Assembly: GCA_016748015.1 (NCBI GenBank)
Contig: JAAOMT010000468.1
Location: forward strand, 744,001 to 808,000
Direction of reading: 5' to 3'
Source of the DNA: Geosiphon pyriformis uo1
Taxonomy: Eukaryota > Fungi > Glomeromycota
Length of the DNA: 64,000 nucleotides
This document shows, piece by piece, positions 1 to 14,023 of this stretch (its first letter is position 1; each line of letters begins with the position of its first letter). Under the pieces are notes generated by a model. That model saw only the letters and a list, made by a program, of their open reading frames with translations, did not search any database and was not told where the DNA came from. Position numbers and translations under genes: made by a program.

Positions 1-155
1 ACATGTCATTTTAAATGTGTAGTGTTGTTTTGTCTGGCCTGAGTGGCTAGCCACATATAGCAAATGCATGAACTATATTTAGTTTGGGCTTTTTAGTATG
101 GCTCTATATACTAAATAGTAGTTGGGCTTTACTTGTTAAATGCATTTAATAAATA
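1..155 (+). mobile_element. 3' end (ORF2 stop, structured 3' UTR, A-rich tail) of a LINE that begins before the window
   Basis: GTAGTGTTG...CTGGCCTGAGTGGCTAG...TGCATGA...TTACTTGTTAAATGCA followed by an A-rich tail matches the 3' end of the LINE at 22345-22490. Confidence 0.85.
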
Positions 156-369
156 AAAATATATATTAAATCAATTAATTTAATTTAATTTTACTTAATA
201 TATTATTTTTTTAAAAGTTAATAATTTAGATAATTTAATTTAAAATATTAATTATATATTAATAATATCAAGTATAATTATAATTAATATAATCAAAAAC
301 ATAAAAAAATTTATTATTATTAAATTACATATATTAATTAATTAGTTTTTTTTAGTTTTTTTTTAATTA

Positions 370-3300
370 TTTTACAAGTACAATTTAATTACTATTTAAT
401 ACACAAAATCAAAACTAAAAACTTTAGCTAGATATAATTTACACTCTTATTATATGTGACCAGTTACTCAAACTAATCAAAACAATATTAAACCTTTATA
501 TAAACTATAATCTTACTATTTAGATTCAAAAAAAACAAACAAGACTTACAAAAACCAAAGCTAACGCCAAATAACTTATCAATACTAATTATTTTAATTG
601 TTTTATTTAACAAATCTAATCTTATAATATAAAATTCACTAAATACTACTCCAGAATTACCAATCAAACCATATTTTTTTATATCTTTCTGTATCTAAAC
701 CTGAATTTTTACAACTCAAAATAATAATATTTACTCAAACTGTATACAAAATTAACTAAAACCTAAACAGTCTTTTTATAATCTTTAAATATCTATAAAG
801 CTTTATGATATTAATCTTTAAGCATAAAGCTTTTTTAAAAAAAAGTATACAGCCCAACATCTAATAAACATGACAAGAAAAACTTTACAATTATAGAAAA
901 CAGCAAAATATTAAGCCTTATCAGCAACTTCTAAATTTCAATCTAGTTAAACAAAATTTTTTTTCAGGATTTAGTTTCCTTAAAACAAGTAAACACATGA
1001 ACAAAAAATTCTATTTCTTTACAATACAAATACAAAACATTTAGATATCTTTTGTTATAATGTTTTTTTCTGACTATAATAAACAATTTTTTGTGAACTG
1101 TTTTTATAAAATATGTGTACAAACTAGCTAAAACTTTACTTGTTAAAATTGATAGCATCTGTAAATCTGAGTGTTAAACTGTAGTAGTTCAAACCTAATC
1201 AATATTCTGAATCAAAAAACCATTCAACATTCTAAAACCAGATTCAGCTTCTTAATAAACACAATTTACTAATTTATATATATTCTAAACAAAATAACAA
1301 ACATTATCAAATACTCTTGAATTATTAGTCATAACAAAGCATTTATACATATTATTAGGCAGCAACAAAGAAGAATAGACAGTTTTATTTACTAAAACAT
1401 CTGTACAAATATTATCCAAAACACCTAAATGTTTTTTAATCTTTGATTAAATTACTAAAAATTCTTTATTTTTGACCAAATTAATAATATGTCTCTTTTC
1501 TATCCAAAAGTGGTTTCGAAAATCAAGATTTGACAACTTCAACTCCAAGATACATGTATCCAAAACAGTTTGACTGTTCAAGTATATAATTACAGTACAA
1601 AAAAAAAACACATATTCTAAAGCCAAAACAATGGTTTGCAATTTAACTATTGTTAATAACAACAACTTATAAATCTTAATATCAACATTTAAGTTAACTT
1701 TAGAAAAATATGCAGCAGTCTCATTAGTCACAGCAAAAAAACTTAGATTTACTAATGATCTATCTGTATATATATTAATTACATTTGATTAAATTTTATA
1801 AACATATTTATTCAAAATCAAAAACTAATCTATTAACAAAATACTAATACTCTCTGTATCAGAAACTATATTGAAAAAAGCAGATATAAAACTAAAATTA
1901 TACAAAAAATCTAATGTTAGAATAAATCAGAAAAACACAGACTTTTTAGAATCTAATTTTTTCTAACAATAAAATGTTTTTTAATTTATGATCTTATTAC
2001 ATTTATTCAAAAATCTGTTATAAAAAGTCATACCAAATCTCTTCAAAGAAGCTATTTTGTTAAAATACAGAAAAATTCTTAAAACACTTAACATAAAAAA
2101 CTTATTAAAACTGAAAAATACACAAGACAAATTATTTATTAATAAGAAATTATTGTCTAAAAAAATACATATCATCTTGGCCAAAAAATTATTAAAGAGA
2201 TTAATTTATAACTTAATTGAGTGCCATAAGGAGTTTAAAGAAACTCAGTCCTAAATTTGCAAATCTGAAAATCTGTAATTAAAGAGCCAACCAAAAATAC
2301 TAATAGCATTTGCAAAAACAACAACAAAAGCAATCTTTTCTTCAGTCTGAATTTGTTGAAATGACTTTAGATTATATAATAAAAGATAATATAATACTTT
2401 ATTAGAAAAATTATGTAACAAAATAGCTTTTAATTTAAGACTTTTTTTAGCCAAAACATTCTATTGGCAGCAAATTTCAAAGGGCACAAAACTGAACTGT
2501 AACCAATATTTAATTATAAACTATAGAATAGCTGAAATTAAATAAGAAAATTGTTTATTTGTAACAGCTTTTTTAATATTAAATTCGAAAAAAATCTGAA
2601 ATTAGACTAAGTCTTAATCAAATTAGACTTGAATAAATTTTTTATTAATAGAAAAATATTCAAATATCTGTATAGCATATTATTTTTGACAATTGAAATA
2701 AGTAAACTACTAATTTTCAAAAAAGCTTTTCTAATTTTGGTTAATAAAAATAGCCATTGTCTTGTTATCATTGATTTTGATGTTATTAAAAGAAAAAAAT
2801 TTACTGGCAATGTTTAAAATATACTGTATAAAAGCTTGGCTATTTCTAATCTAAATAGTATTATTAATAAATACATTAGCTGTAAAAAAAGAAGTTTTTC
2901 TTCCAATGACTTTTACTTTGACTATTTTGGCCACAAATCTGGTGTTAATCTAATATTTACACAAATATTTATGTCTCTTGATTTTACACAAAAAAGAATC
3001 ATAAAAAATTCTTCAAAGAAGAAAAGAGAATATCTTATCTTAATTCAGTTTATTATATACTTAATATCTATTTATTAGTCCAAAGTCTGTTATAACTTTA
3101 TTTATTTTGTTCTTATAAATATTGCTAAAAAGATCAATAAATTTTTCACATATTTTGATATACTATAAACTAGCTTTCAAATAATGCCAACCAATAAAAT
3201 CATATGTTTTGTATATGTTTTACAATATCAGCCAAATTTTTTTATTTTTTTTCAAAGCATTTTCTATTATTAAGCCAACAACAAAGATAGAAAACTGTAT

Positions 3301-6300
3301 TATAGTATTCTTTAAGACAGAAAAGTTATTTTTATGAAGAATATTGAATCTGTTACAAGTAAACAAAATTCAATCCAAAAATATTTTTTTGGTTGTTTTA
3401 ATTAAAATGATAAGTTAAGTATTTGTTAGAATTTCATCTTATTTATAAAACTTAGTATTATTAAAATCCATATCTTTTTTTACTGAGTTAAAACTATACT
3501 TAAGGTTAAACACAAGTTTAGAAGACTCAAAAGACACTTAAAGATGTTATTATCACAATGTTTTCATAACTTATTAAAAATACTACTCAAACTAACAGCT
3601 TTTTTATCTGGCAAATTCTTAACTACATAAACCAATTTCTCAAAACCAATAATATTTATAATATTTAAAAATGTATTATTATTTACATAGCTCAAAAAAG
3701 CATATTGATTAGCTCAAACTCTAAACACAAACTTTAGAACTGCCTATTTTTTGGTTTAATTTTCTATAATATTATCAATTTTAGCTTTGATATTTACATT
3801 CTAAAATCAGTTTTTCATTAACCACTAGATAATTTAATACCATTTTGCAAAAAGATTTTTCCAAGATATTCTTGATTATATAGCTCTTATCTAAGAAAAA
3901 ATTTTCTATTCTCTTTTTAATTGTATTTCTAATAGTAATCACTTCTATTGTTTTGAACTTATGTATTTTAAACTTACAATAACTTTTTTTAATCTTAAAC
4001 AAATAATTAAAAATGTTTATTGACTTGGCAATATATTGAACCATAACTTGTATTTTTAAAGCTTTATTTTTATTAGTAATTAACTAAGCATGAAGCAAAT
4101 ATTTGGTTTTAGACATGTTATCAGATCTGAAAAATTTCACCAACTTAACAATCAACAATTTTAATTTGAAAAATTTTGATGACTGTTTGTTAGAAAAATA
4201 TTTAACTTTACTATATTAATGTTTAAAAAATATCTTATCTATTAATTTCATTATAATGTTTCTTAAAAGGCCTCATATTATATCTAAATTGCTTCTCACA
4301 TATACTCTATTAAATTTACTCTTTACCAAAAAAAATTAACAAAAGAATTGTTATAAAAACTACTTTATTTAATATTATTAATACTTCCAATTTTGAACTT
4401 TTAACAATTTTTATTTGCTTGCTTGCAAATACTATTCAAACAAGTATTTAAAAAATCTTCTAAATCAATTAAAATTATAACTGCTTTGTAATTAATGTTA
4501 AAAAATTCAAATATACAGCTGATCTCATAATTTATAATTTTTAATAACAAATTATTACCAACAAAAATGTAGTTAATAATCTTTTTAACTCCTTTAGAGT
4601 TGTTTTAAATAAGAATTTTAGCCAAAAAATATTTAATAAATGAATTAACCAGTTCTATATCTAAGTATTTTCTAAAACTTGCATTTTTTTTAAATCTATC
4701 CTTATTAAAATTTCTACTTAAAACAACAAAAGTGCTAAAATTAACTGTTTTGGCAATAAAAAAATTGATCTTTGAAGTCTGTTTAAATTTAAATTTAGTG
4801 AAAACACTAGTATACAAATTCAAAATTGTTACCAAAAACTTATTTTTAAACAAAAAATACACTAAGATTAGTTAACTTGAAATTTTATCAACTTTTAAAA
4901 TATGCTAAGCCAGAAAACTGTTCATAATTATGGTTATTTTTATACTATAAAAACTTATATCTAAACTAGAAATAAAAATACAGACTCTATTAAACTTATT
5001 TATAATTCACAGTCTAATATTAAATCTCAACTTGGTTTTCATAATAATAGAAATTATGTTATCTGAATCTATATGCCAATAAATAATATTTTTTTGCTTA
5101 GCAGAGATATTGATTTTTTTAATATTATATATAGCAATTTTTCAGATCAAATCAGTCATTGTTAGAAAAAAACATCTAAATCCAAACTCTTATTATTTAT
5201 CTTGGTTAGCAAGCTCATAATTGTAACTAATAAATTGTTTATTTTATTTTCAAATCTTTTGACAATTGATTAATTCAAAAACTCTGCTCTTACAACAGTC
5301 CTATTATTAATGGCTGCACTTAAACCTTTACTTATTATTATATTCACTCCTTGATTCTGTAATAAGAAGATTACCAATAATTAATATCTAAGGCTAAATT
5401 AGAAAATTATTAGCTTAAATATATTCAACTTCTTAGCCAGCTTACTAACTTGTTTTATAAAACTATTAAAACTATATTTAAGAATAACAAACCTATTATT
5501 TACTTCTAAAAAAACCAATAGAGAGAGTTTAGCATCTGAAAATAAACCAGCATCAATAGAACTAAAGACATCATATAGGATATAGAACTACTAACAACTT
5601 AAGCCTAAAACTTTCTACTAAATAAAACTGAATATGCAATTGGCATCTGTTTTTTCTTATATATATTTGCCAAATATATTTAATCTTAAGAATTGATTAT
5701 CTACTTACTGTGATTACTCAAATTCTTACTTATTGAACACACACCAAAAACATAACCAAATTGTTTATACTAGACACAACAGGCCAAAAAAAACCCAGTT
5801 CAATACAAACTTACATTCTTAAAAACAAAAATAGAATCAATAGCAGCTTTTTTCAATGTCTTATTAGTAAAACAAATTACAGTATATTTGTTATAAACAT
5901 AAAAATTTGAATTGTAGTTAATAGAGCAAGTTTTTTCATTATATAATTTCAATAAATCAAAAAAATTATAAGTCATAGTCTTAATTGGCAAGATATACAA
6001 CAAAGCCTAATAAAAATTTTTAAATATTTATGTTTATTATTATTAACAGCCAATATTATATATACTAAATTTTTATTTATAAGCACTAATCATTTAGATG
6101 CCACTAAACTAACAATTTTAGATAATTTAAACTCAACCAAAGTCTTTTGTCAAAGACCAATAAGCTGTATCTTAATCAACACAATTTTAGCAAACTTAAA
6201 AAAAACCGACTTTACAGCCAATTTAAAAAAATATACTGAAATTTTCTTGACAATTATTTTTTAATCTGTACAGTTGTTTATTTTTCTAACATTATTATTA

Positions 6301-7200
6301 ACCAGAATTTTTTACAAATAGTTATTTTTTTAGTCTTTTTTAAGCTTAATTTATATATAAAAGATAAGTTAATAATTTTTAGAAATTTTAAAGAAATAGA
6401 CATCTTCCCAAAATCATTTACATAATAAAAATTTTTTTTATGGCCATCAACTTATTACCAAAAGTTTTTTTAGACACAACAGAAAGCTCAATATTTAATA
6501 CAAAAAATTTTACAATCTTAAAATTTTGTTTTTCCAAAACATGTAATCTGACCAATAGCAACTGCTCAAAGCCAATAAATTTAGAAGAAAAAGCATTAAA
6601 ATATTATTATTATTATTTAAATTATCAAACAAAGGTGCTTTTAGTAAATGTTTTAATATATATGTCTGAATACAAGTTTTTTTTAGCATAATTTTATTCA
6701 TGTTTTTATTATTCACAAAAGTATTTAAATTTACATAACTGGTTTCTTCTATAATTATGTTTCTTATATTTTTTATATCTAAAAAATCACTAATACTATT
6801 TTTTATGCTATTAACTTCACTTTTTCAAGACATTACAGATTTATTAGCAGAGCTTACAATATCCATCAGATCTAAAAAGCTAGCAGATAAATCAAATATA
6901 CTAATATTGGCTTCAGTTTTTTTCAGCTTTTTATAAGATATATCATAAGAATAAATACTCTTTAAATGTTTTTTTTTAGTGCTTAAGCAGATTTTCAAAC
7001 CAGCTAAACCAGAATTAAAATTACCAACAAACAAACTTACTGGTTCTATTATAATAAAAAGAGATATATTGAAAAAAATAACTAAAGTAGAAGAAAAAAA
7101 AAAATATAAAAAGCTATTTTTTCAGCAACTTTATGCTCTTATTATGATCAGAAAATCAACAAAAAAAAGAATTTTATTGTTTTTATTTCTTAGTTTAACA
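370..7200 (-). mobile_element. Heavily decayed, near full-length LINE (ORF1+ORF2 relic)
   Basis: Reverse complement retains the 3' UTR motif (~370-500), RNase H/RT/APE remnants (e.g. IIMKTKL for ETKL near 5030) and the CAATGA ORF1/ORF2 junction at 5156-5159. Saturated with C>T/G>A changes; 5' boundary approximate. Confidence 0.8.
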
Positions 7201-7810
7201 AAAAAATTTTGTATTTAATTTAAATTTATAAATTTAAATTATTATTATTAAAATATTTATGTTATTTATAACTGTTTTTTATAAAAACAACAAATATTAA
7301 AAATATATATTTAAGAACTTTTAACATATTAAAACAATAATTTTTAATTATAATTATTGATAAAATTTTAATTTTATTTGTTATTTTGTTTATTAAATTA
7401 ATTAATTAAAAATAAGTTTTAAAATTACAATATTACAGATTATTTAATAAAAAATACAAAAATAAATATAAAATTAACTTATTTAATAATTAATTAATTT
7501 ATTAAAAAAATAAAAAACACCAAAATAAAGTATTTATTATATTAAAAAAATAAGATACAAATTATTAATAATTAAATTTCTGTTTTTTATATCAAAAACT
7601 TAATTTTAAAAACTTTTAATATATAAAAATTTTCAGATTATATTATTAAATTATAATACTAATTTATAAATTATAACTTAATATATTTATTTATAATATT
7701 AAAAATAACTAAAAAAATATAGAAATAATTAAAAATATTAAAATATTTTATATTATTAAAAATATATATATATAATTTTTTTTTTTTTTTATTACGTTTA
7801 ATGAGTGAAG

Positions 7811-7847
<37 letters not shown>

Positions 7848-8950
7848 CATTTAAAAAATTTAATATTTATTGAATATTTAATAAATCTATTAATTAAATC
7901 AAAAACAATTTCATAATTTAAGTTTATTATTATTAAATTACTTATTTAATATATATTACTTTTTAAAATAATAGATACCAAACATAAATTTACAAATTTT
8001 ATGTTTTAGTTTTTATTTTTTATTAAATTATTCTTTATATTATAATTTTAATGTTCATTTTTTTTTAATTTATTAATTTTAATACTTAAATAACAACAAA
8101 ATAAAAATAAAATAAAATAAAATAAAATAAAATAAATAAATAAAGTAACAAAAAAAATCAATATTTTATTAATAATTAATAATTAAAAATCAATATTTTA
8201 GTATATTAAAGTTTTTAAATATATTTTTAATATTTATTACATTAAAAAAATAAGGTAAATAAATTAAATAATTTAACAATAATAAATATAGTTTATAAAG
8301 TTTTTTTTAATAATTAATATATAAATTAATTATTAATAATTTGAAAAATAAAATTTAACTTAAGTTAATTGTTTTAATTGTTAAATATTAAATTAAATTT
8401 TATTTAAAAAAATTGTATTATTTACTAATTTTTATATATATATAATTTTTAATTCAAAATAAACTATCAAAAATAAATAAATATTTTTAAAATTTAGTTA
8501 ATAATTTTAATAATTTGGTTTAAGATAATTAATAATCTTTGCATAATTGATTATAAAAAACTAAAATTTAAAAATAAAGTTTTTTAAATAAATATATTTT
8601 TTATTAATTATATTTAAAATAAGTTTACAAAACTTTAAAAAAACATTAATTTATTATAAAACAATTTGATTAATATTTAAATTATTTAACATTAAAACAA
8701 ACTTATACATTAAATATTAAATATATATATATATATACAGTATATTATTTTTGAATACACTATATATTTCTTAAAATTAAACATTTTAACATTATTTACA
8801 AAATTGTTTTAATAATAATAAAAAAATAATAAAAAAATATTTAAAAAACGAAATAATAAAATTTTTTTTGACTAATTTTTAAACAAATATTTTTAATAAA
8901 ATATATAAAAATTAATATTGTTTTTTTATATTTAAAATAACAAAAAACTC
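7200..8950. repeat. Extremely AT-rich low-complexity tract with short (TAA)n and (AAAAT)n microsatellites; probably terminally decayed repeats
   Basis: Nearly devoid of C/G; (TAA)n ~7817-7843 and (AAAAT)n ~8097-8135. Confidence 0.6.
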
Positions 8951-10875
8951 TTAAATTGCTGATATAGACATTGCGCTCAAGAGCTAAGTGAAAATGATTT
9001 AAATTTTTGTGTTTATCTGATTTATCTATTTTGTTTGTTTTTTGTCTGTCTGTATAAATAAAAATTATAAAGATAATAATTTCATGTATAAATAAAAAAC
9101 TATGAAAACAAACATTTTTTTATTGTAAATTCTATCAAGTACATTAAATTTAGCAATCAAATATTCGATAACCATATCAAATGTAGTTTTTTTTAAAAAT
9201 GACCACGATGCACTATATAAAAAACTTGATTGTCTTAACACTATCACTATTATAACAACTTTGCAGAGAAAAAAACCAGTGAAATTTGTTCATTTTGGGA
9301 AATTTATTGTTTTTCAGCATGTGCTTTTCCATTTTATATAAAAATGGATGAATCTCTGTAAAATGATACTATAAATAGGAAATGGATCTCACGGTTAAAT
9401 AATCGACAGGAGATTTTAGTATGTTTATTGGGAAAACAATCACTCCATGGTGATATTTAGATACATTTTGATTTTCACTTTACCGGGGAATTTCTCTTGA
9501 GAGCTAACCTCTCTAATGCGTGGTTGATTTTTTCCTCCGAAAATATCAGTTAAAAAGTACCTTAGAGATGTGACGTGCAGAGTGTATTTAGTAATCAATG
9601 GATAATAGATAAGAGTCAGAAAATTTCTTATTTATAGCTTGAGCCAGGATCAATTCGTTTAATATTATCGACCCCTTTCAATCAAATATCGGTCAGCATA
9701 TGTTATGGCGTTTCTCTTTATAGAATTCAAGGGCTTTTTTGTGAGACAGAAGTCTTGGCATCCCCCCAATGGTTAAACGATCATTTTAGTGAAATAGATT
9801 TAAAGATTAGTTTCATTACACAACTTATACGATAAATTTTGGATATCATCAACGTCCAATGAAAAATAACTAGGATAGGGGAATAAAATTGAAGATAATA
9901 ATAAGGGTCCCCTTTCAAGTATCAACACAATCTATCTGGTTTCTGTTTAATTGTTAAAGGATTTAGGTATATGTATCGATGAAGCCCAAGTTAATTAGGG
10001 TATTCAAAAGGGATTCTGGGACCAAACCCTTAAAAACGCCCGTTTAGATTTCTTTAAAATAGTTCAATAATTATTAGTTTTCCATATACATGAAAAGAAT
10101 ATTCAAAAACAAAAATATATATTTATCTACTAATGTACATGGTAACGAACTCGATCAAACTATTATCCTTCGGATCGATTAACATCCCTAGTACCTAAAT
10201 AAAAACTGAACGAATTGGTACGCATGAATTTTCAACAAATGTCCACAAAAATAATTTTACCTTTTCCAAAAAATTATTACTTTCATTTCCCACATTTATG
10301 CCAAAAATCAGGAGGAGAGTACAGATAACTGGAGGTCATGTAGCCATTCGTAGAACAACCGGGTCAACGTGAGCGAGAGAAATAAGAAAAAGAATGAAAA
10401 AGGACTGGTCATAAAAAAAGACAAGTTTCAGCTTGCAAATACGAGAAAGATGGATAAAAATTTAACCATAAACAAGTTTGAATCATATTTTTGTTGTATC
10501 ACATCATTCCATGTGGAATTTCTTTGTCAAAGTCAATGCGTACTGCACAACTGCTTTTAATTTAAAATTTTCCAATATAAAAAAAAAAAAAGTAACACAG
10601 TATTAAAAACAAACTTTAAAAAAGAATTGATATGCCACTGGTTATAATAAATAAAACCTGAAAATATTTATTGATGGTTTTGTTTAATTTTTCACTATTG
10701 ATAAAATTTAAAAAAATAAACATCATAATTTATACATATTATGTACTGTACATTATTACTTAATATCAGAATTAATGATTGTTTTTAAAAACCAAATATT
10801 TATGTTGAACATGAAAATCAATTTCAAAAAAAAAAATAAAAAACAAAAACAAAATATTATTACTATTTCAATAAA

Positions 10876-12236
10876 TTAACAACAGCTTCCAGAGTCATAT
10901 TGGTCATATTGATGTTGATCATTAAGCTTTATAGCACCATTAAAATTATTTGATGATTTTCCTTGGTTTTTTTGTGCAATATCCATGATTTGTGATACCA
11001 GATACCTGGCAGCCTCTTCAACATTATGATTCTCTTTTGCTGAGGTTTCAAACCTATGAATAAAATAGTAAATTTTTAGATTTAAAATGTTATGATCAAA
11101 TGGTTTCTTTTTCTTGATGTTTACCAGTTGACGAACCCTTTCTCTTGGCAATATTTATGTATTTCTGATTCACTTTTATACAAGTCACCATCTTTTAACA
11201 AATCGCACTGTTGAGAACCCAGAGTCAGAGTTAATCATAATTTGAATTTAAAAGGGAAGAAAATTTGATTTACTTTGTTGGCCATCAATACAACAGGAAT
11301 CGTTCCACCACCCCATGCTTCCGGAAGAGCAACTTTCTGATCAAGATCATTCTTCCATTTAGCAACTCCATCAAATGACGAAGATCGAGTTACGTCATAA
11401 ACTACAAGCGCGCCCAACGCCTCTTTATAATAAACCTTTTTAATATTTGATAGAGTGAAGAGTCATGATTAATCAAAAGGCATTCGTAATGAGGGAATCT
11501 GTGATGAGTTCTCAGTCTAAATGCTTTCCGACTACAGGTAGGTTTGACTCTCGGGAAATAAGGAAGCCGTATTTTTATTACAATTTAGTAGTTGTCTCTT
11601 ACTCTTGTCATATTTCCAAATCTTTCTTGACCGGCAATATCCCATAGCTGTAGCCTGACCACCGTGTCCGGCGACCACTGTAAAATCTTCAGGGCGAAAT
11701 CGACTCCGATCTTAGAGAAATCGAAGAGAAATTTATTAGGTTATGTCAAGATACCGTTTAAAATATAGCTCTTTCAATGGGAACTGTTTTCTAAGGTGAT
11801 AATTGAAGGGTTCTAATATGAATGCGCGCCTCTCCAATCATTTCAATTCGTGTTTTTAATTGTGAGAAATTGAAAATTATTTATAAAAGCCCACTAAAAG
11901 TATTAAAATTGCTTTTTTTTTCCTAATTATTAATGAGTCTTCAGTAACGATGGCCAAGTAAGCTTTACCCAGAGGTAACAGTCCCGAGTAATTACAAACT
12001 TACCGTGCTTTTATAGTGCGTTGAGAATATGTTGTGGACATAACGTTTAATGATGCTCGTCTTTCCAGTACCTAAGTCACCCACTACAAGAATTTTGTAA
12101 AGATATTCCTTGATTTCTGGTTGATGTGACTTGTTTAAGAAAATTTTTGAAAATGAACGTTTCACATGGAAATTAAGAACTCAAAGCCATAAATCCCAGA
12201 CACTAAGATTTCGTTATTATAAGAAATCTTTACCAT
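10876..12236 (-). CDS. RAB32: Rab32/Rab38/Rab29-family small GTPase, 219 aa, 6 exons: 12236-12234, 12129-12004, 11710-11603, 11435-11274, 11207-11125, 11053-10876
   Basis: All introns GT-AG and spliced length 660 nt. Motifs: GDLGTGKT, IGVDFALK, Rab32-diagnostic WDIAGQERFGNMTRVYYK, NKCD, ETSAK and C-terminal CC prenylation site. Confidence 0.93.
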
Positions 12237-12877
12237 AATTTTTTTCAGATTGAAGAAAAGCGAAAAAGAATTGTTAAACAGAGGTTAAAGAAGGGGGTAA
12301 AAAAAATATTGGTGAGAGACATATACGAGGAACAAACCTTTTAAAAACTCGTTTTAATTATAATGAATCGATGATCCCAATATGCGTGGTGGCAAAAATT
12401 TGTGATCAGATGTTCAAAACAAGTTAATAACTGAAATGTTATGTAATTTTTTACTTTGCATTTGATTTTTGACGTTTCTAATCCCCCAATTCCTTTTATT
12501 AACTTTAGCCAATTACTTCAATGAAATCGATGACTTGATTACGGATTAAACTGGAAAAACCTCACGTGTTCAAAGATGTTTTAAAACAAATATTACTGTG
12601 TCAGTTGCATTAAAAATCATCATACAATGGCTATGTGTCGCCTCAAACGAGCACTGAAAGGGTCATATTTAAGCCCTAAAACTAAGCTAGGAGATTTACG
12701 ACTTTTCTACTTTTCATGAACTGTTTGTTAAAAGTTCTTATTTAAATCTAAAGCTTCTGCGTGTGTTTTTTTTTCAAATTTTGATAAAACCTAAAGTCCC
12801 AAGAGTTACTTTTTTTTTTTTACAAATAGACTTGCTATATAATCTTTACCCTTTTTTTTAACGTATCAATCTTAAAA
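12237..12877. promoter_or_regulatory. Divergent (probably bidirectional) promoter region between the Rab32-like and VSD-like genes
   Basis: ~640 bp between two head-to-head start codons; CpGs retained; CACGTG at ~12564. Confidence 0.5.
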
Positions 12878-14023
12878 ATGACTGGTAGGAATCACGACGT
12901 TACAGTTGTGATTGACCCCTCGGGAGCTGAAGATGCCCCGTAAGTCGGTATTTTTATTCGAGACAAGCATAATGTGGTAATTCAAAACCGAGAAAGACAT
13001 TCATTCCTTTGGATTTAAAAAGACTAAACGAAAATGCAGGGAAATTAAAATCAACGCTATCTTCAATCTTCCAAACGCGTAATGGAAGTACCGCAGGAGG
13101 TGTTACACCCGTGACTCAATACTCGTTATCTCGAGCCGAAGCGGTGCATGGTTTAGCCAATCGGATTTTGTATTCAAGATTTTATACATGGTTATATTTG
13201 GGAATGGCGTTATTGAGTACCATTTCAATCATACTGGTAAGTTAAATAGATAACAAAGAAATTAGAGGAAAACCTGATATCTGTATTTTCTCTAGAGAGA
13301 TTTTAATATTCTAATTCTCAATTGGGATTATCATGGGATAGTCTATAAAAGAAAAATGGTAAGCTATTCGAAATTTCTTTTTTACGTTTGATCTTTAAGA
13401 TAAAGTAATCTACATTCTTGATATGCTTATGCGACGCGTTTATCAAATACGACTGACAACCTTAGTCCTTCAGTATGGTTTATAATTTTGGAGTTTATAA
13501 TTAATTTTGCCATGATAGCTGAAGTAATGACGAGATTTTTGGCGTTGCGTCAGGTAAGCAGGTTCAAGTGTTCTCGGATAACTCGTAACGAATTATTTAA
13601 ACTGATCCGAAACTTGATCTTGTAGCTATTTTGGAAGTCCATTTATAATGTTGTAGATATTACTCTAGTGTTCCTCTGCGTTCTTACTTTGATTTTCATC
13701 TGGGCAGGTGGTTGCTCAAAGGGACGAAGATCGGAAGAAATTTTCGATACGATTTTGCTTGTGGTCAGAAATCTGATACAGTTTGGACGATTGATAATAA
13801 TGTTGAAAAAGTAAGTACAGATTTTATTTTATTTGATCTCGAGACTCCTAAGAGAAACATTAATAAGGATATTTTGGAAACTAGAAATCGAAAGAATAGA
13901 TCAACTAGAAATGCAAGAATAGATTTCTCTGATATAAGAGCTCCCAGCATGTCTATGGATATCGATTCATTATCACACGGTGCCTTTAGTTTAACGGATG
14001 ACGAAGACGATGACCTATTTTAA
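12878..14023 (+). CDS. Stand-alone voltage-sensor-like (Ion_trans S1-S4) membrane protein, 234 aa, 6 exons: 12878-12939, 13023-13236, 13342-13358, 13466-13553, 13626-13810, 13885-14023
   Basis: GT-AG introns give an open 705-nt frame with four hydrophobic helices. S2 LEFIINFAMIAEVMTRF and S3 YNVVDITLV match VSD consensus; S4 ILLVVRNLIQFGRLIIMLKKNR; no pore domain. Confidence 0.8.

Noticed and set aside
964-7218. Many short K/I/L/N/F-rich ORFs
   Set aside because: Chance or relic frames in a hypermutated LINE
9000-10860. Possible third host gene in the island
   Set aside because: No convincing ORF or exon chain found by eye
13712-14023. 103-aa ORF as an independent gene
   Set aside because: Its 3' part is the last exon of the VSD-like gene; the 5' part is out-of-frame exon plus intron
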